Below are positions 9,453-17,818 of a stretch of 64,000 nucleotides of DNA, piece by piece; within the stretch, counting starts at the first letter, position 1, and each line of letters starts with the position of its first letter. Made by a program: the position numbers and the translations under genes. The notes beneath the pieces were generated by a model. The model saw only the letters and a list, made by a program, of their open reading frames with translations. It did not search any database and had not been told where the DNA came from. The DNA comes from Alphaproteobacteria bacterium. GTDB lineage: Bacteria > Pseudomonadota > Alphaproteobacteria > Bin98. The stretch spans positions 1,395,994 to 1,459,993 of the forward strand of contig OZ253461.1 of the NCBI GenBank assembly GCA_965261615.1. The letters are read 5' to 3'.

Positions 9453-10070
9453 TTATGTACGCTTATCGCGCAACAAAGTCGCATATTTATGATTTGCGTC
9501 TCTATGCGCTTCCTCTTCCGCAAGTATAACACAAACAACATCACTAAGCTTAGAATTTTTCTTCAGATCCCAGTATTCATAAGCGATTTTAGGGGCCGCA
9601 ACATTCTCTTCTGGAGAGCCCTCAAGATAGTGCAAGTATTCACGATAACTTGCCACAGCTTCCTCTTCCAAATAACCAACAAAGCGATGCGCAACAGTCG
9701 GCGCAAAAAGATAGAGCAGTGTATAAAAAAAGACAAAACCAAATTGCCCTAATTTTATGAACACCCACTCCACCGTGGTCGGCTCCGCGATCGCCTTAAA
9801 GGTCATGAGATGTTTATATTCATTATGCGCTTCATCCAAAAGGCTTTGTATCCATCCATGATCGTCTCGAATACGCCTTAAGCAAGAGAAGTGCAACAAA
9901 GCACCACCAACCATTCCCGGAATTCCCGCAACCGTCTCCAACACCAACGCATGGTGGGCATAACGCTTTTGAAAAAACCAATCCCTCGGTCGGCGCATTA
10001 ACCACACCATCCCCCAGGCAAATCGATCCCCGAAATTTTGCGGCTTATAATGCTTCATCTCTTCTTTCAT
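9453..10070 (-). CDS. aox: Alternative oxidase (cyanide-insensitive ubiquinol oxidase, AOX)
   Basis: All four di-iron motifs are present in order: LETVAGIPGMVGG, EAHNEYKHLMTF, HRFVGYLEEEAV and LAEEEAHRDANH. It is collinear with mitochondrial/trypanosomal AOX over essentially the whole length. Confidence 0.9.
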   Translation of the reverse strand: MKEEMKHYKPQNFGDRFAWGMVWLMRRPRDWFFQKRYAHHALVLETVAGIPGMVGGALLHFSCLRRIRDDHGWIQSLLDEAHNEYKHLMTFKAIAEPTTVEWVFIKLGQFGFVFFYTLLYLFAPTVAHRFVGYLEEEAVASYREYLHYLEGSPEENVAAPKIAYEYWDLKKNSKLSDVVCVILAEEEAHRDANHKYATLLRDKRT

Positions 10071-10095
10071 ACCATGTTACATGGTCGAAAACAAG

Positions 10096-10656
10096 CTATT
10101 TGAAACACTTCGCGCTTAATAGAAAGCCCACAAAACACATCAGCAACATATAAATCCACTTCATTTTATCTACATGCCGCATAAGCCAATCTTTATAGCG
10201 CCCCTTATATCTTTTGGCGATATACGCGATAAGACAAAATCGCATCCCCCGCGCCACAAGAGTGCTCACAACAAAAAGCAAAAAGTTATAGCGGACAAAA
10301 CCAAAAACCATCACAACAATCTTAAACGGCAAGGGGATAAAGGACTTTAAAAGCATAGCCCAGCACCCATAGCGCTCAACAAACAAACATATTGTTTCGA
10401 ACTTCGCGCTAGCAGAATAAAAATTGATGATTTTTTCGCCACAAGACATAAAGGCAAAAGCCCCAAAGCAGTATCCCAGTATGCCGCCACACACAGATGA
10501 CAAAGACACTAACACCCACAGCATATGACGAATAGTTGGGTGTTTCCAAACAAACGTTGCTAACAGAGGGTCCACAGCAATGGGCAAAAATGCGCTTTCA
10601 CAAAAAGAAGTGACACATAGACTGATAACATCACGGCGTTGACTGGAAATTTGCAT
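10096..10656 (-). CDS. YqaA/DedA-family (SNARE-associated) inner membrane protein
   Basis: 186 aa from ATG 10656-10654 with 4-5 TM segments and DedA/YqaA-like features. The listed ORF start at 10809 runs through the tRNA-Leu gene and is rejected. Confidence 0.55.
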   Translation of the reverse strand: MQISSQRRDVISLCVTSFCESAFLPIAVDPLLATFVWKHPTIRHMLWVLVSLSSVCGGILGYCFGAFAFMSCGEKIINFYSASAKFETICLFVERYGCWAMLLKSFIPLPFKIVVMVFGFVRYNFLLFVVSTLVARGMRFCLIAYIAKRYKGRYKDWLMRHVDKMKWIYMLLMCFVGFLLSAKCFK

Positions 10657-10670
10657 AACTTTATAAGCGG

Positions 10671-10755
10671 TGGTACCCCCGGGGAGAGTCGAACTCCCAC
10701 ACCCTAAGATAGCAGATTTTGAATCTGCCGCGTCTACCAATTCCGCCACAGGGGC
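10671..10755 (-). tRNA. tRNA-Leu (anticodon CAA), long variable arm, CCA encoded
   Basis: The reverse complement GCCCCTGTGGCGGAATTGGTAGACGCGGCAGATTCAAAATCTGCTATCTTAGGGTGTGGGAGTTCGACTCTCCCCGGGGGTACCA is a type-II tRNA with anticodon loop TTCAAAA. Confidence 0.88.
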
Positions 10756-10762
10756 ACGGTAG

Positions 10763-10771
10763 ATTATAGCA
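10763..10771 (-). promoter_or_regulatory. Extended -10 element TGCTATAAT upstream of tRNA-Leu(CAA)
   Basis: The minus strand reads TGCTATAAT, and the last base of the hexamer is 8 nt from the mature tRNA 5' end. The predicted TSS is therefore about 1 nt upstream of the tRNA. Confidence 0.5.
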
Positions 10772-10833
10772 CATGAAAACTTAGCCGCGCAATAAAATTC
10801 ACAAGCCATCTAGCAAATCTTTTACTTAAATAC

Positions 10834-10862
10834 TTGAAAAAAACGTCAAAAATAGTTATATT
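10834..10862 (+). promoter_or_regulatory. Sigma70-like promoter TTGAAA-17-TATATT for tRNA-Pro
   Basis: Hexamers lie at 10834-10839 and 10857-10862 with a 17-nt spacer. The predicted TSS is about 10869 and the tRNA starts at 10870. Confidence 0.45.
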
Positions 10863-10869
10863 AAATAGT

Positions 10870-10947
10870 CGGGGCGTGGCGCAGCCTGGTTAGCGCGCCT
10901 GGTTTGGGACCAGGAGGCCAGAGGTTCGAATCCTCTCGCCCCGACCA
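10870..10947 (+). tRNA. tRNA-Pro (anticodon TGG), CCA encoded
   Basis: CGGGGCGTGGCGCAGCCTGGTTAGCGCGCCTGGTTTGGGACCAGGAGGCCAGAGGTTCGAATCCTCTCGCCCCGACCA forms a perfect cloverleaf with anticodon loop TTTGGGA. Confidence 0.92.
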
Positions 10948-11018
10948 CCTTGATCCAGCAACATCACTCATTACCCAAAATCAAAAGAGCGCCTTGCGAC
11001 GCCCCTTTAATTTCCGGA

Positions 11019-12911
11019 TCAGTTTTGATCATAGTTGGCCAATATGTCAGCATACTGGTCTTTTGGCTTTCCTCCGCCACCACGTCTACGGTTCCTTTTC
11101 CCGTCAGAATCCGGACGCACTCTGTTACCAGCGTTTTCATCGACCACCTTTTCTTTCGAAGGCGATACAACATTACCGATTTCATCATTTCCGGAAGGTT
11201 TGTTATTTTGGGGGTCCTGCCTTCGACCTCCGCGACCACCACTACCGCCAGAAGAAGACTTCTGCCCCCCACCATGCTCGTGTAACATCACAATCACTCT
11301 TGGGCGCTTTCCAGCGACACCCTCAATCCACTTACGTGTGTCAACACACAAGTAATGGGTTAATGTTTTCGGATGAGCGCCTTTGTGGTTCGCCACAATT
11401 TTGTGAATCATACCATTTAGATCTGATTGCAGAGAAGCATCCTCCCAAACACCCAGCTGCGCAGCGACGGCTTTTTCATATACCCCTTTCGCATTACGCA
11501 AAACAGAAATAGTCACCACACCATTTTTGGACATAGTTTCGCGCTCTTGCAGCACAGGACTGTCCAAATCAATATAGCGCTTCCCGTCCAAACCAAAAAC
11601 TTTAGCATCTGCGCTCATAACCATCTCAACATCATCACTGGAGCACTCATACAAGTGCCCATTTTTTGTATGCAAAGACTGTAGTTTTTTACCATTCGCA
11701 ACAATCTTGTGTTCCCCCAAGTGATAGTGCTCTCCGTGAACTGGCAAAACCATTTTTGGTTTCAGCCATTGATACATCGTTTCCACATCTTCTCGGCTTG
11801 GGTGCCCTGCCACGTGCACCATAATGTGCTCATTCGATATCACACGCGCACCCTTAAGGTTTAGGTTGTTTTTAAGCTCAGCAATTTTGCGCTCGTTTCC
11901 TGGAATATTTCTTGAGGAGAAAATCACGATATCCTCTTCCTTCAGAGACACAAATCGATGCGAGTCTGTGGACAGGCTCCACAGCGCGGCTCGATCTTCT
12001 CCTTGAGATCCAGAGCACACAAAAGCAACTTTCGCTGCAGGAAGGTCGGCCGCCTCTTGTGGTGACACCACCTCAGGAAAGTCAGCCAAATAGCCCAACT
12101 CTGAAGCTACAGCATATGTTTTCTGGAAAGAGCGCCCGAGCAAACAAAGCTTCCGCTTGTGTTTGCGCGCTGCCCGACCAACAGCCACCATACGGCCTAC
12201 ATTTGAAGCAAAGCATGACACAAAAATACGCTGCTTCTTATAATCTCCAAAAAGCTTCATTATGTTATCAGCCACATCTGTCTCTGTTCCAGTGGCCTCC
12301 ATAACGTTAATGCTAGTTGAGTCACAAACAAGCACATCCACACCTGTCTTTTTAACAAACTCTACATCCTTCGCAGTAGTAGGCTGTCCGATTACAGGGG
12401 CATTGTCTAAACGCCAGTCCCCTGTGTGAAACACCTTCACCTTAGGTGTGCGCAAATACACTCCTGAGGCATCTGGAATAGAGTGGTTTAAAGGAATAAA
12501 GCGCGCATTAAAGTGCTCAGAAATTTGCGTATCTTTTTGCCATTCCACCACACGAATGTCGTCCTCATTGAATGAAACACCATTATCATTAAACTGATAT
12601 TTTATCATCCCCGCTGTAAACGGTGTGGTGTAAATAGGGCAGCGAATATCCTTCCAAAAATACGGCAAGGCTCCCACGTGATCTTCGTGGGCATGCGTCA
12701 TAATACACGCCTTTAAGTTTTTCTTTAAATTTTTTACAATTGTATGATCGGGAAAAACCACATCCACACCAAACCCTGGGTTAAAACTTACTCCCCAGTC
12801 GACCATGATCCATTCTCCGCAATACCCATAAAGGTTGAGGTTTCGTCCTATTTGGCCCGCACCACTTATTGGCCAAAAATATAATTTATCTTCTCTTAAC
12901 TTTAATTTCAT
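11019..12911 (-). CDS. rnj: Ribonuclease J (metallo-beta-lactamase / beta-CASP RNase) with ~84-aa Gly/Arg-rich C-terminal tail
   Basis: HAHEDHVG zinc motif and beta-CASP architecture. The alpha-proteobacterial position after nuoN-birA fits. The C-terminal tail is GGGQKSSSGGSGGRGGRRQ...KRNRRRGGGGKPK. Confidence 0.85.
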   Translation of the reverse strand: MKLKLREDKLYFWPISGAGQIGRNLNLYGYCGEWIMVDWGVSFNPGFGVDVVFPDHTIVKNLKKNLKACIMTHAHEDHVGALPYFWKDIRCPIYTTPFTAGMIKYQFNDNGVSFNEDDIRVVEWQKDTQISEHFNARFIPLNHSIPDASGVYLRTPKVKVFHTGDWRLDNAPVIGQPTTAKDVEFVKKTGVDVLVCDSTSINVMEATGTETDVADNIMKLFGDYKKQRIFVSCFASNVGRMVAVGRAARKHKRKLCLLGRSFQKTYAVASELGYLADFPEVVSPQEAADLPAAKVAFVCSGSQGEDRAALWSLSTDSHRFVSLKEEDIVIFSSRNIPGNERKIAELKNNLNLKGARVISNEHIMVHVAGHPSREDVETMYQWLKPKMVLPVHGEHYHLGEHKIVANGKKLQSLHTKNGHLYECSSDDVEMVMSADAKVFGLDGKRYIDLDSPVLQERETMSKNGVVTISVLRNAKGVYEKAVAAQLGVWEDASLQSDLNGMIHKIVANHKGAHPKTLTHYLCVDTRKWIEGVAGKRPRVIVMLHEHGGGQKSSSGGSGGRGGRRQDPQNNKPSGNDEIGNVVSPSKEKVVDENAGNRVRPDSDGKRNRRRGGGGKPKDQYADILANYDQN

Positions 12912-12915
12912 AACA

Positions 12916-13605
12916 TTACAGGGTTATCCCCGCCTCCAAAACTAAACTTCCTGCAGCCAGCTCACATGTTTGTCCGTCTTTATCTAAAAGCGCGGACCCA
13001 TTCACACTAACTCCCAAAAACTTTCCGGCCTCTGTTGGCCAATTTACGCGCTCCACTTTTACAGAACGTCCAATCCACAAGCCATGCGCATTCCACTCTG
13101 CACAGCAACAATAAGGGTTCCCCAGGTATATCTGCCAATCTGCAAGCACTTTTTTTATAATCCCCCATTTGTCGAGCACAACCCCCGTTACAGAAGCCAA
13201 ACTTACAGCTCGATCAATCGGCGCGTACAACGCGTTGATTCCAAAGCCCAAAATCCATCGATTAGCGGCCCGCTCAAGCAGCATCCCGCCCACCTTTTGA
13301 TTTTGCACGAAGAGGTCGTTGGGCCATTTTATTGAAACATCACAAAAATTCCCAAGCGCTCTTCTTATAACAACACTTGCCGCCATAATCAGCACATTCG
13401 GACAAAGGTCACTTTGAAAAGCCACGCTGCAGTATATATTCCCCTGCGGTGACGACCATACACGACCGTACTGCCCTCTCCCTTCCGTCTGTGCCTCTGC
13501 CACAAGAGCAACTATGCTCCTATTTGAAAACGCTTGCAGTTCTTTAATTGCGCTCATAGTCGATGAGCAACTTTTTACAGCACTTAAGCCAATCTCTGCT
13601 AACAT
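12916..13605 (-). CDS. birA: Biotin--[acetyl-CoA-carboxylase] ligase, group I (no N-terminal HTH)
   Basis: GRGQYGRVWSSPQGNIY matches the GRGRxGRxWxSPxG biotin-binding signature. At 229 aa it has the catalytic and C-terminal domains only. Confidence 0.85.
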   Translation of the reverse strand: MLAEIGLSAVKSCSSTMSAIKELQAFSNRSIVALVAEAQTEGRGQYGRVWSSPQGNIYCSVAFQSDLCPNVLIMAASVVIRRALGNFCDVSIKWPNDLFVQNQKVGGMLLERAANRWILGFGINALYAPIDRAVSLASVTGVVLDKWGIIKKVLADWQIYLGNPYCCCAEWNAHGLWIGRSVKVERVNWPTEAGKFLGVSVNGSALLDKDGQTCELAAGSLVLEAGITL

Positions 13606-13667
13606 GAGCCTTTAACCTACCGTCCTGCAGAAGCTTCTGGCAAAGCCAGTACACGAAACCTTACCTA

Positions 13668-13676
13668 ATTATAGCA
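13668..13676 (-). promoter_or_regulatory. Extended -10 element TGCTATAAT upstream of birA-rnj
   Basis: The minus strand reads gTATGCTATAATtagg. This is the same 11-mer seen at the tRNA-fMet and tRNA-Ser promoters. It lies about 60 nt upstream of the birA ATG. Confidence 0.45.
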
Positions 13677-13710
13677 TACATGCCGAGACAAGCACAAGCC
13701 TCCCTTACGA

Positions 13711-14853
13711 TCACCGCCATAGCCACATGAGCATGCCCGCCACCATAGACACGCCTTGCACCACGGCAACATACCATCGTTCGTCCCGCCAATTACGCAT
13801 AATATGAACTTTGATTTCAACGGAGACTAACACACAAATACAAAACAAACAGTAACACAATACCAGCCAGCGCAACGTAGGGGGCAAGTCACCCCACAAA
13901 GCACACGACCACACCAAAGGATGCCCCACAAGAGCACCACTAGCCACACAAAGCGTTAAAACCGCAAATTGATTCCACGACAACCAAGCTGCCATTGCCA
14001 ACATAACAAAGACATAGCTTATAACAGCTCCATAACCAATAAATGGTTCCAATAAAAACGACAGGCTCACCCCCTGTACAAACGCCACATGCGTCAAAAC
14101 TTTTTTTTCACGCCCTGACCCAAGCGACGCCACACCATAAAGAGCGGAAAAGATCATAAAGGCAGTCAGCCATTCTGAGGGCAAAATATAGCAAAATATA
14201 GGAACAGGAACCCAGTACAGCCACACTATATGAGGAAGGGGAACGTACTCCTCCAAAAGAGAGTATCTCATAAATGGCAGCGCTGACAGAAGAAGAGCTG
14301 CGCACACAAGAGTGATACTTAAAAAGTTGTTATCCACCACAGGAAACCAGGTCATACTGCTTGCAATAACCCATCGAAAAAGCGCCACACTTTGCAGCAT
14401 GAGACAGCCAAGAAGGCTTAATATAACAGCATAGCGATGAGCTGTCGCCATTTGACAGCGTAGCAAGACTATAAGAAACACAAGCAATACAGTGCTGATC
14501 ACATCACTCGGGGTCTGCAGCCACACACTAATAGCGGCTAAGAGAACCCATGCTCGCTCCAAACCTAAGGTTTGCAAAGGAAATATAGGCAAAAGAGCGA
14601 GCAACATCAAAGCCCTTCCCTCGGGAAGGCTACCCCACACACCCTCACAGACTATCGCCGGCGCCATGCCGGCATACCAAATAATATTTTGAGCGCTCTT
14701 AACCAACCTGTGCAAAGAAAAGGTGTGCAGCAACCAAGAGACGCACACCCCCACCACTGAAACAACCTCAATAAACATAAGACCCCACCACCCTTCGAGC
14801 CATGCTATAAAGCAAAGCCAGTCTTTCATCCAAGTGCACACCACAAATGACAA
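13711..14853 (-). CDS. nuoN: Truncated, highly divergent antiporter-like complex I subunit (NuoN position)
   Basis: Last gene of the nuo array, directly before birA as in other alphaproteobacteria. It is a polytopic membrane protein of 380 aa. There are relics of the Mrp/Nuo motifs (PLPHIVWLYWVP resembles aPfHxWxPD; KKVLTHVAFVQGVSL resembles KRLLAYSSIxHxG). Confidence 0.45.
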   Translation of the reverse strand: MSFVVCTWMKDWLCFIAWLEGWWGLMFIEVVSVVGVCVSWLLHTFSLHRLVKSAQNIIWYAGMAPAIVCEGVWGSLPEGRALMLLALLPIFPLQTLGLERAWVLLAAISVWLQTPSDVISTVLLVFLIVLLRCQMATAHRYAVILSLLGCLMLQSVALFRWVIASSMTWFPVVDNNFLSITLVCAALLLSALPFMRYSLLEEYVPLPHIVWLYWVPVPIFCYILPSEWLTAFMIFSALYGVASLGSGREKKVLTHVAFVQGVSLSFLLEPFIGYGAVISYVFVMLAMAAWLSWNQFAVLTLCVASGALVGHPLVWSCALWGDLPPTLRWLVLCYCLFCICVLVSVEIKVHIMRNWRDERWYVAVVQGVSMVAGMLMWLWR

Positions 14854-15655
14854 AAACAGTCAGCCAAGCTAATGAGACTCGCATATCATTTTTGCGCAGC
14901 GGCGCTAAGCTAATCCAAACAGCCAAAAAAGCATAAAATGCCTGGAGGTCACGCGCACCACAAACAGCAGACATTCCCACCAGCAAAACGCTCACAAAAA
15001 TACTGCCATAACTCACTCTATTTTTTTCCAAATACACGTGCTGCCAGTACAGCGCTCCCGCAAAGTACGCCGCCATGGACCACCCAAGATCGCCTGCAAA
15101 GCTTGAGCCCACAAAAAAAGCGGACAAAAGCCCGGCTCCTACCCAAGATTTACCTTGCGTGACATTACCGGAAAAGCTTATCACAGCCAAGACACCCATC
15201 ATCTTCCAACATGTGACAGCAGGCAAAAACGCCAAACACTGCAGCTGCAAAAGGCTCGCAACCCTTTCTATAATATATGCACTGCCATCCCTTAAACACT
15301 CCAAAGCCGCAAATAGAGCCCAGCAAAAAAGAACCGCATAGCAAGACTGTCCTGGATGCAGCATCGCAAAATAGAAGCTTAAAAAAAACAACAGAACACA
15401 CCGCAAATACGCAGCTCCATTAGACAGGCCATGAACAGCCCAAGCACAAAAAACACATACGGCGATAAAATGCACATATAGCCAGCTGGATCCCAGAAAA
15501 AACTTGCATACAGGAAAAGCGGCCAACAAAAAGGTAAACGCCGCCCAAATAAACGCACGCTGAGAAATCAAAAAGCATGCATACACTGCTGGTAAGCTTC
15601 CTTGTAGTACACTATCCCACACAAACATAGGACCTCCAACCACACAACACTCCAA
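14768..15655 (-). CDS. nuoM: Truncated, highly divergent membrane subunit at the NuoM position
   Basis: The call rests on position between the NuoL-like and NuoN-like genes. It is polytopic and only 295 aa, against about 500 aa for canonical NuoM. No clear motifs were seen by eye. Confidence 0.3.
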   Translation of the reverse strand: MECCVVGGPMFVWDSVLQGSLPAVYACFLISQRAFIWAAFTFLLAAFPVCKFFLGSSWLYVHFIAVCVFCAWAVHGLSNGAAYLRCVLLFFLSFYFAMLHPGQSCYAVLFCWALFAALECLRDGSAYIIERVASLLQLQCLAFLPAVTCWKMMGVLAVISFSGNVTQGKSWVGAGLLSAFFVGSSFAGDLGWSMAAYFAGALYWQHVYLEKNRVSYGSIFVSVLLVGMSAVCGARDLQAFYAFLAVWISLAPLRKNDMRVSLAWLTVFVICGVHLDERLALLYSMARRVVGSYVY

Positions 15656-16760
15656 TCAACAAAAGCACCAACAATACACCGCCCACATAATCATGCTGAC
15701 GATACCTCACGATTTTAGACTGCACCGTTGTCAACAATTTTTCTACAAAGTTATCCCCACTCTTAATAGCACGCCACCAACTAAAAGACAGTGGGCGCAC
15801 TTTTAACATATACCCCCCCATTACCGCAGCGCTATAAAACAGCCCAAATCCCAAGCCTTGTCCTAGCTTCACCTTCTGCAGCAACCAAAGAGAGCTCAGC
15901 GTAAACCCACCGTACAACAACACCATGGCCAAAAGCAAAAAAAACATTTTAGAAAACCTCACCTGAGTCTCTGGCTGCTCATAACTCCACCGGCACAAAA
16001 GACGCCCATGCACCATACCGCACCCTGCGAGCATAATCAATTGATGCAGTCGATCAAAGTGACTCACATCACTTTTACATAAGAGCGGAATAAACACCCC
16101 ACCAGCAGCAATCCACAAGCTAACCATACTGGATATTTTAATTGCTTTCCGCATTTGTGCAGAGTGAAAGCTCAACCCTTGCGCAAAGGGAATAAGCAGC
16201 ACTGACATCAGCCAACACACCCAACCTCCTTTCACCCCACCTGAGCACGGCAAAAGCTGCCCAAGTACGCAAGCTTGCGAAATGGCAGCGTATCGTAAAG
16301 TCCACAGCGGGCAGCACATCGCCCAAACAGTCAAAATCCCCTGCAGCCACATCATCTGTGGAACATACATAAATTGGCAAGCATAAGGCAAAAAGTTAAG
16401 CAAGCAAACAGCATACCAGCTAACAAAAACAGCACTCCACGCATGCTGCTCGCGCGGCAAACAATACGCCCCCAGCATCACTACCCAGAACACGTGTCCC
16501 AATGGAAGCTTTCCAAAAGCACAGCCCACCCCCACAAATAGAGCGATCACCCAAATCAGTAAAAACGCACCCACAATACGTGGCAAAAAGCACAAAAAGT
16601 ACCCTAAACTGACCCAGGATGCCCAAGGCACAGGCAGAAAAAGTATGCTCGCTGACCCCAAAGCCCAAAATGCTTTTTCCCACATTTTTTTCGCACAAGC
16701 AACAGCCCACAGCGAAACAAACACCGCACACACTACTGCGTAGTACGGGGCCGCTATCAT
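15612..16760 (-). CDS. nuoL: Truncated, highly divergent antiporter-like subunit at the NuoL position
   Basis: Polytopic, 382 aa, against about 600 aa for canonical NuoL. There are relic motifs (GKLPLGHVFWVV resembles GKSAQxPLHxWLP; MRKAIKISSMVSL resembles DxKKxLAYSTxSQL). It overlaps the nuoK-like stop by 4 nt. Confidence 0.4.
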   Translation of the reverse strand: MIAAPYYAVVCAVFVSLWAVACAKKMWEKAFWALGSASILFLPVPWASWVSLGYFLCFLPRIVGAFLLIWVIALFVGVGCAFGKLPLGHVFWVVMLGAYCLPREQHAWSAVFVSWYAVCLLNFLPYACQFMYVPQMMWLQGILTVWAMCCPLWTLRYAAISQACVLGQLLPCSGGVKGGWVCWLMSVLLIPFAQGLSFHSAQMRKAIKISSMVSLWIAAGGVFIPLLCKSDVSHFDRLHQLIMLAGCGMVHGRLLCRWSYEQPETQVRFSKMFFLLLAMVLLYGGFTLSSLWLLQKVKLGQGLGFGLFYSAAVMGGYMLKVRPLSFSWWRAIKSGDNFVEKLLTTVQSKIVRYRQHDYVGGVLLVLLLIGVLCGWRSYVCVG

Positions 16761-17035
16761 TTAGAAGACCTCTGACATTTTGTTAACAATACAAGGCTCA
16801 CCAAAAAGTAGCTAATGCTTATAAGAAGCGTTATTAAGCTTGCTCCGCCTTCTTGGCCACTCGTCAACACCACAACCACAACTCCCAAACTCACAATTTG
16901 AGAAAAAAATATACGTGTCACTCCTCGTTTGCCCCAAATCAAACCTAAAAGACCCAAGAGTATAATTAGCACACCACCCACTTCACACCTCCTCTTGCTA
17001 ACCCTTTTGTAATTTAGACAGCAGGGCATCAACAT
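16757..17035 (-). CDS. nuoK: NuoK-like small membrane subunit (divergent)
   Basis: Three predicted TM helices, size and position fit NuoK. GLLGLIWGKRGVTRIFF resembles GLxGxxxRRNxIxxLM. The real start is possibly the GTG at 16981. Confidence 0.4.
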   Translation of the reverse strand: MLMPCCLNYKRVSKRRCEVGGVLIILLGLLGLIWGKRGVTRIFFSQIVSLGVVVVVLTSGQEGGASLITLLISISYFLVSLVLLTKCQRSSK

Positions 17036-17435
17036 AATAAGATCCTACGCCCAACAAAATAAAAACTAACATCCAAATCCATTGGACATTATGAAGTAAA
17101 ACTTCTGTATACGGTCCCACACTCACAGCAGGAAGCTCAAAAATGTCAGGCCTCCAAAGCACCCCAGCTGCACCAAGAAGCCAAACCACAAATCGCGTGA
17201 TTCGGCCCTTAGGGTCAAAAAAATCTTGCTCCTGATCCAGCACAAACTCAAGCAAAGAAATAAAGGCCCCCAACGTCACCAAGCTTACAAAAAATACACC
17301 GACCTGATATAGGGCTCCCACTCCCACAAGAACCATCAGCACCCCAAGGCGCATAAACGCAGCTGCACCATGAAGCATCAGCATGCCTCCCACAATTATT
17401 TTTGTGATCCCCAGCCACCAAAAACACTCCGTCAT
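16998..17435 (-). CDS. nuoJ: NuoJ-position membrane subunit (divergent, short)
   Basis: The call is positional, between nuoI and the nuoK-like gene. It is a 145-aa hydrophobic protein. Confidence 0.3.
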   Translation of the reverse strand: MTECFWWLGITKIIVGGMLMLHGAAAFMRLGVLMVLVGVGALYQVGVFFVSLVTLGAFISLLEFVLDQEQDFFDPKGRITRFVVWLLGAAGVLWRPDIFELPAVSVGPYTEVLLHNVQWIWMLVFILLGVGSYYVDALLSKLQKG

Positions 17436-17444
17436 TTTCCTGCC

Positions 17445-17756
17445 TTATGTCCGTACATTTTTTTCAGAAGTAGGCGAAACCTCACAAGGAGTCTCTACAG
17501 TAAACTCAAGTGCATCAACTGGACATGATTGAACGCAAAGATCACAGTGCAAACAGCGGTTCATGTCTACATCCAACCTGGCAAGTTGCGGCAAGCCATC
17601 CACTATATAACCCTCTATCTGAATAGCATTTACTGGGCACACATTCGCGCAAATACCGCAAGTAACACACTTTTCTTTTTGTGTATGAGCATACCGCTTC
17701 ACAGAAAGTGTGTAAACCTCCGGTTTAGAACTTTGCAAGACTTTATTCTGTTTCAT
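17445..17756 (-). CDS. nuoI: NuoI-like 2x[4Fe-4S] ferredoxin subunit (short, 103 aa)
   Basis: Two complete CxxCxxCxxxCP motifs (CVTCGICANVCP and CLHCDLCVQSCP) with NuoI-like spacing, and the correct position in the operon. Confidence 0.7.
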   Translation of the reverse strand: MKQNKVLQSSKPEVYTLSVKRYAHTQKEKCVTCGICANVCPVNAIQIEGYIVDGLPQLARLDVDMNRCLHCDLCVQSCPVDALEFTVETPCEVSPTSEKNVRT

Positions 17757-17818
17757 CGCTTCGCCTCATCCACAAACAGCCACCCCTAACATGGCCTACT
17801 TTGTCAAATATCACCATA

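Noticed and set aside
9453-10070. Initial impression of a COQ7-type di-iron hydroxylase (ExxH motifs)
   Set aside because: The motif order and flanking sequence (LETVAG..., NEYKHLMTF, YLEEEA, EEEAHRD) and the collinearity with mitochondrial AOX fit alternative oxidase, not COQ7.
10657-10809. N-terminal 51 aa of the listed 237-aa ORF (10096-10809)
   Set aside because: This part is simply the translated tRNA-Leu(CAA) gene and its promoter. The membrane protein starts at the internal ATG 10656.
10904-11512. Plus-strand 202-aa ORF starting inside tRNA-Pro, and other ORFs antisense to RNase J
   Set aside because: It overlaps a tRNA and lies antisense to a well-supported RNase J gene, and it has no recognisable features.
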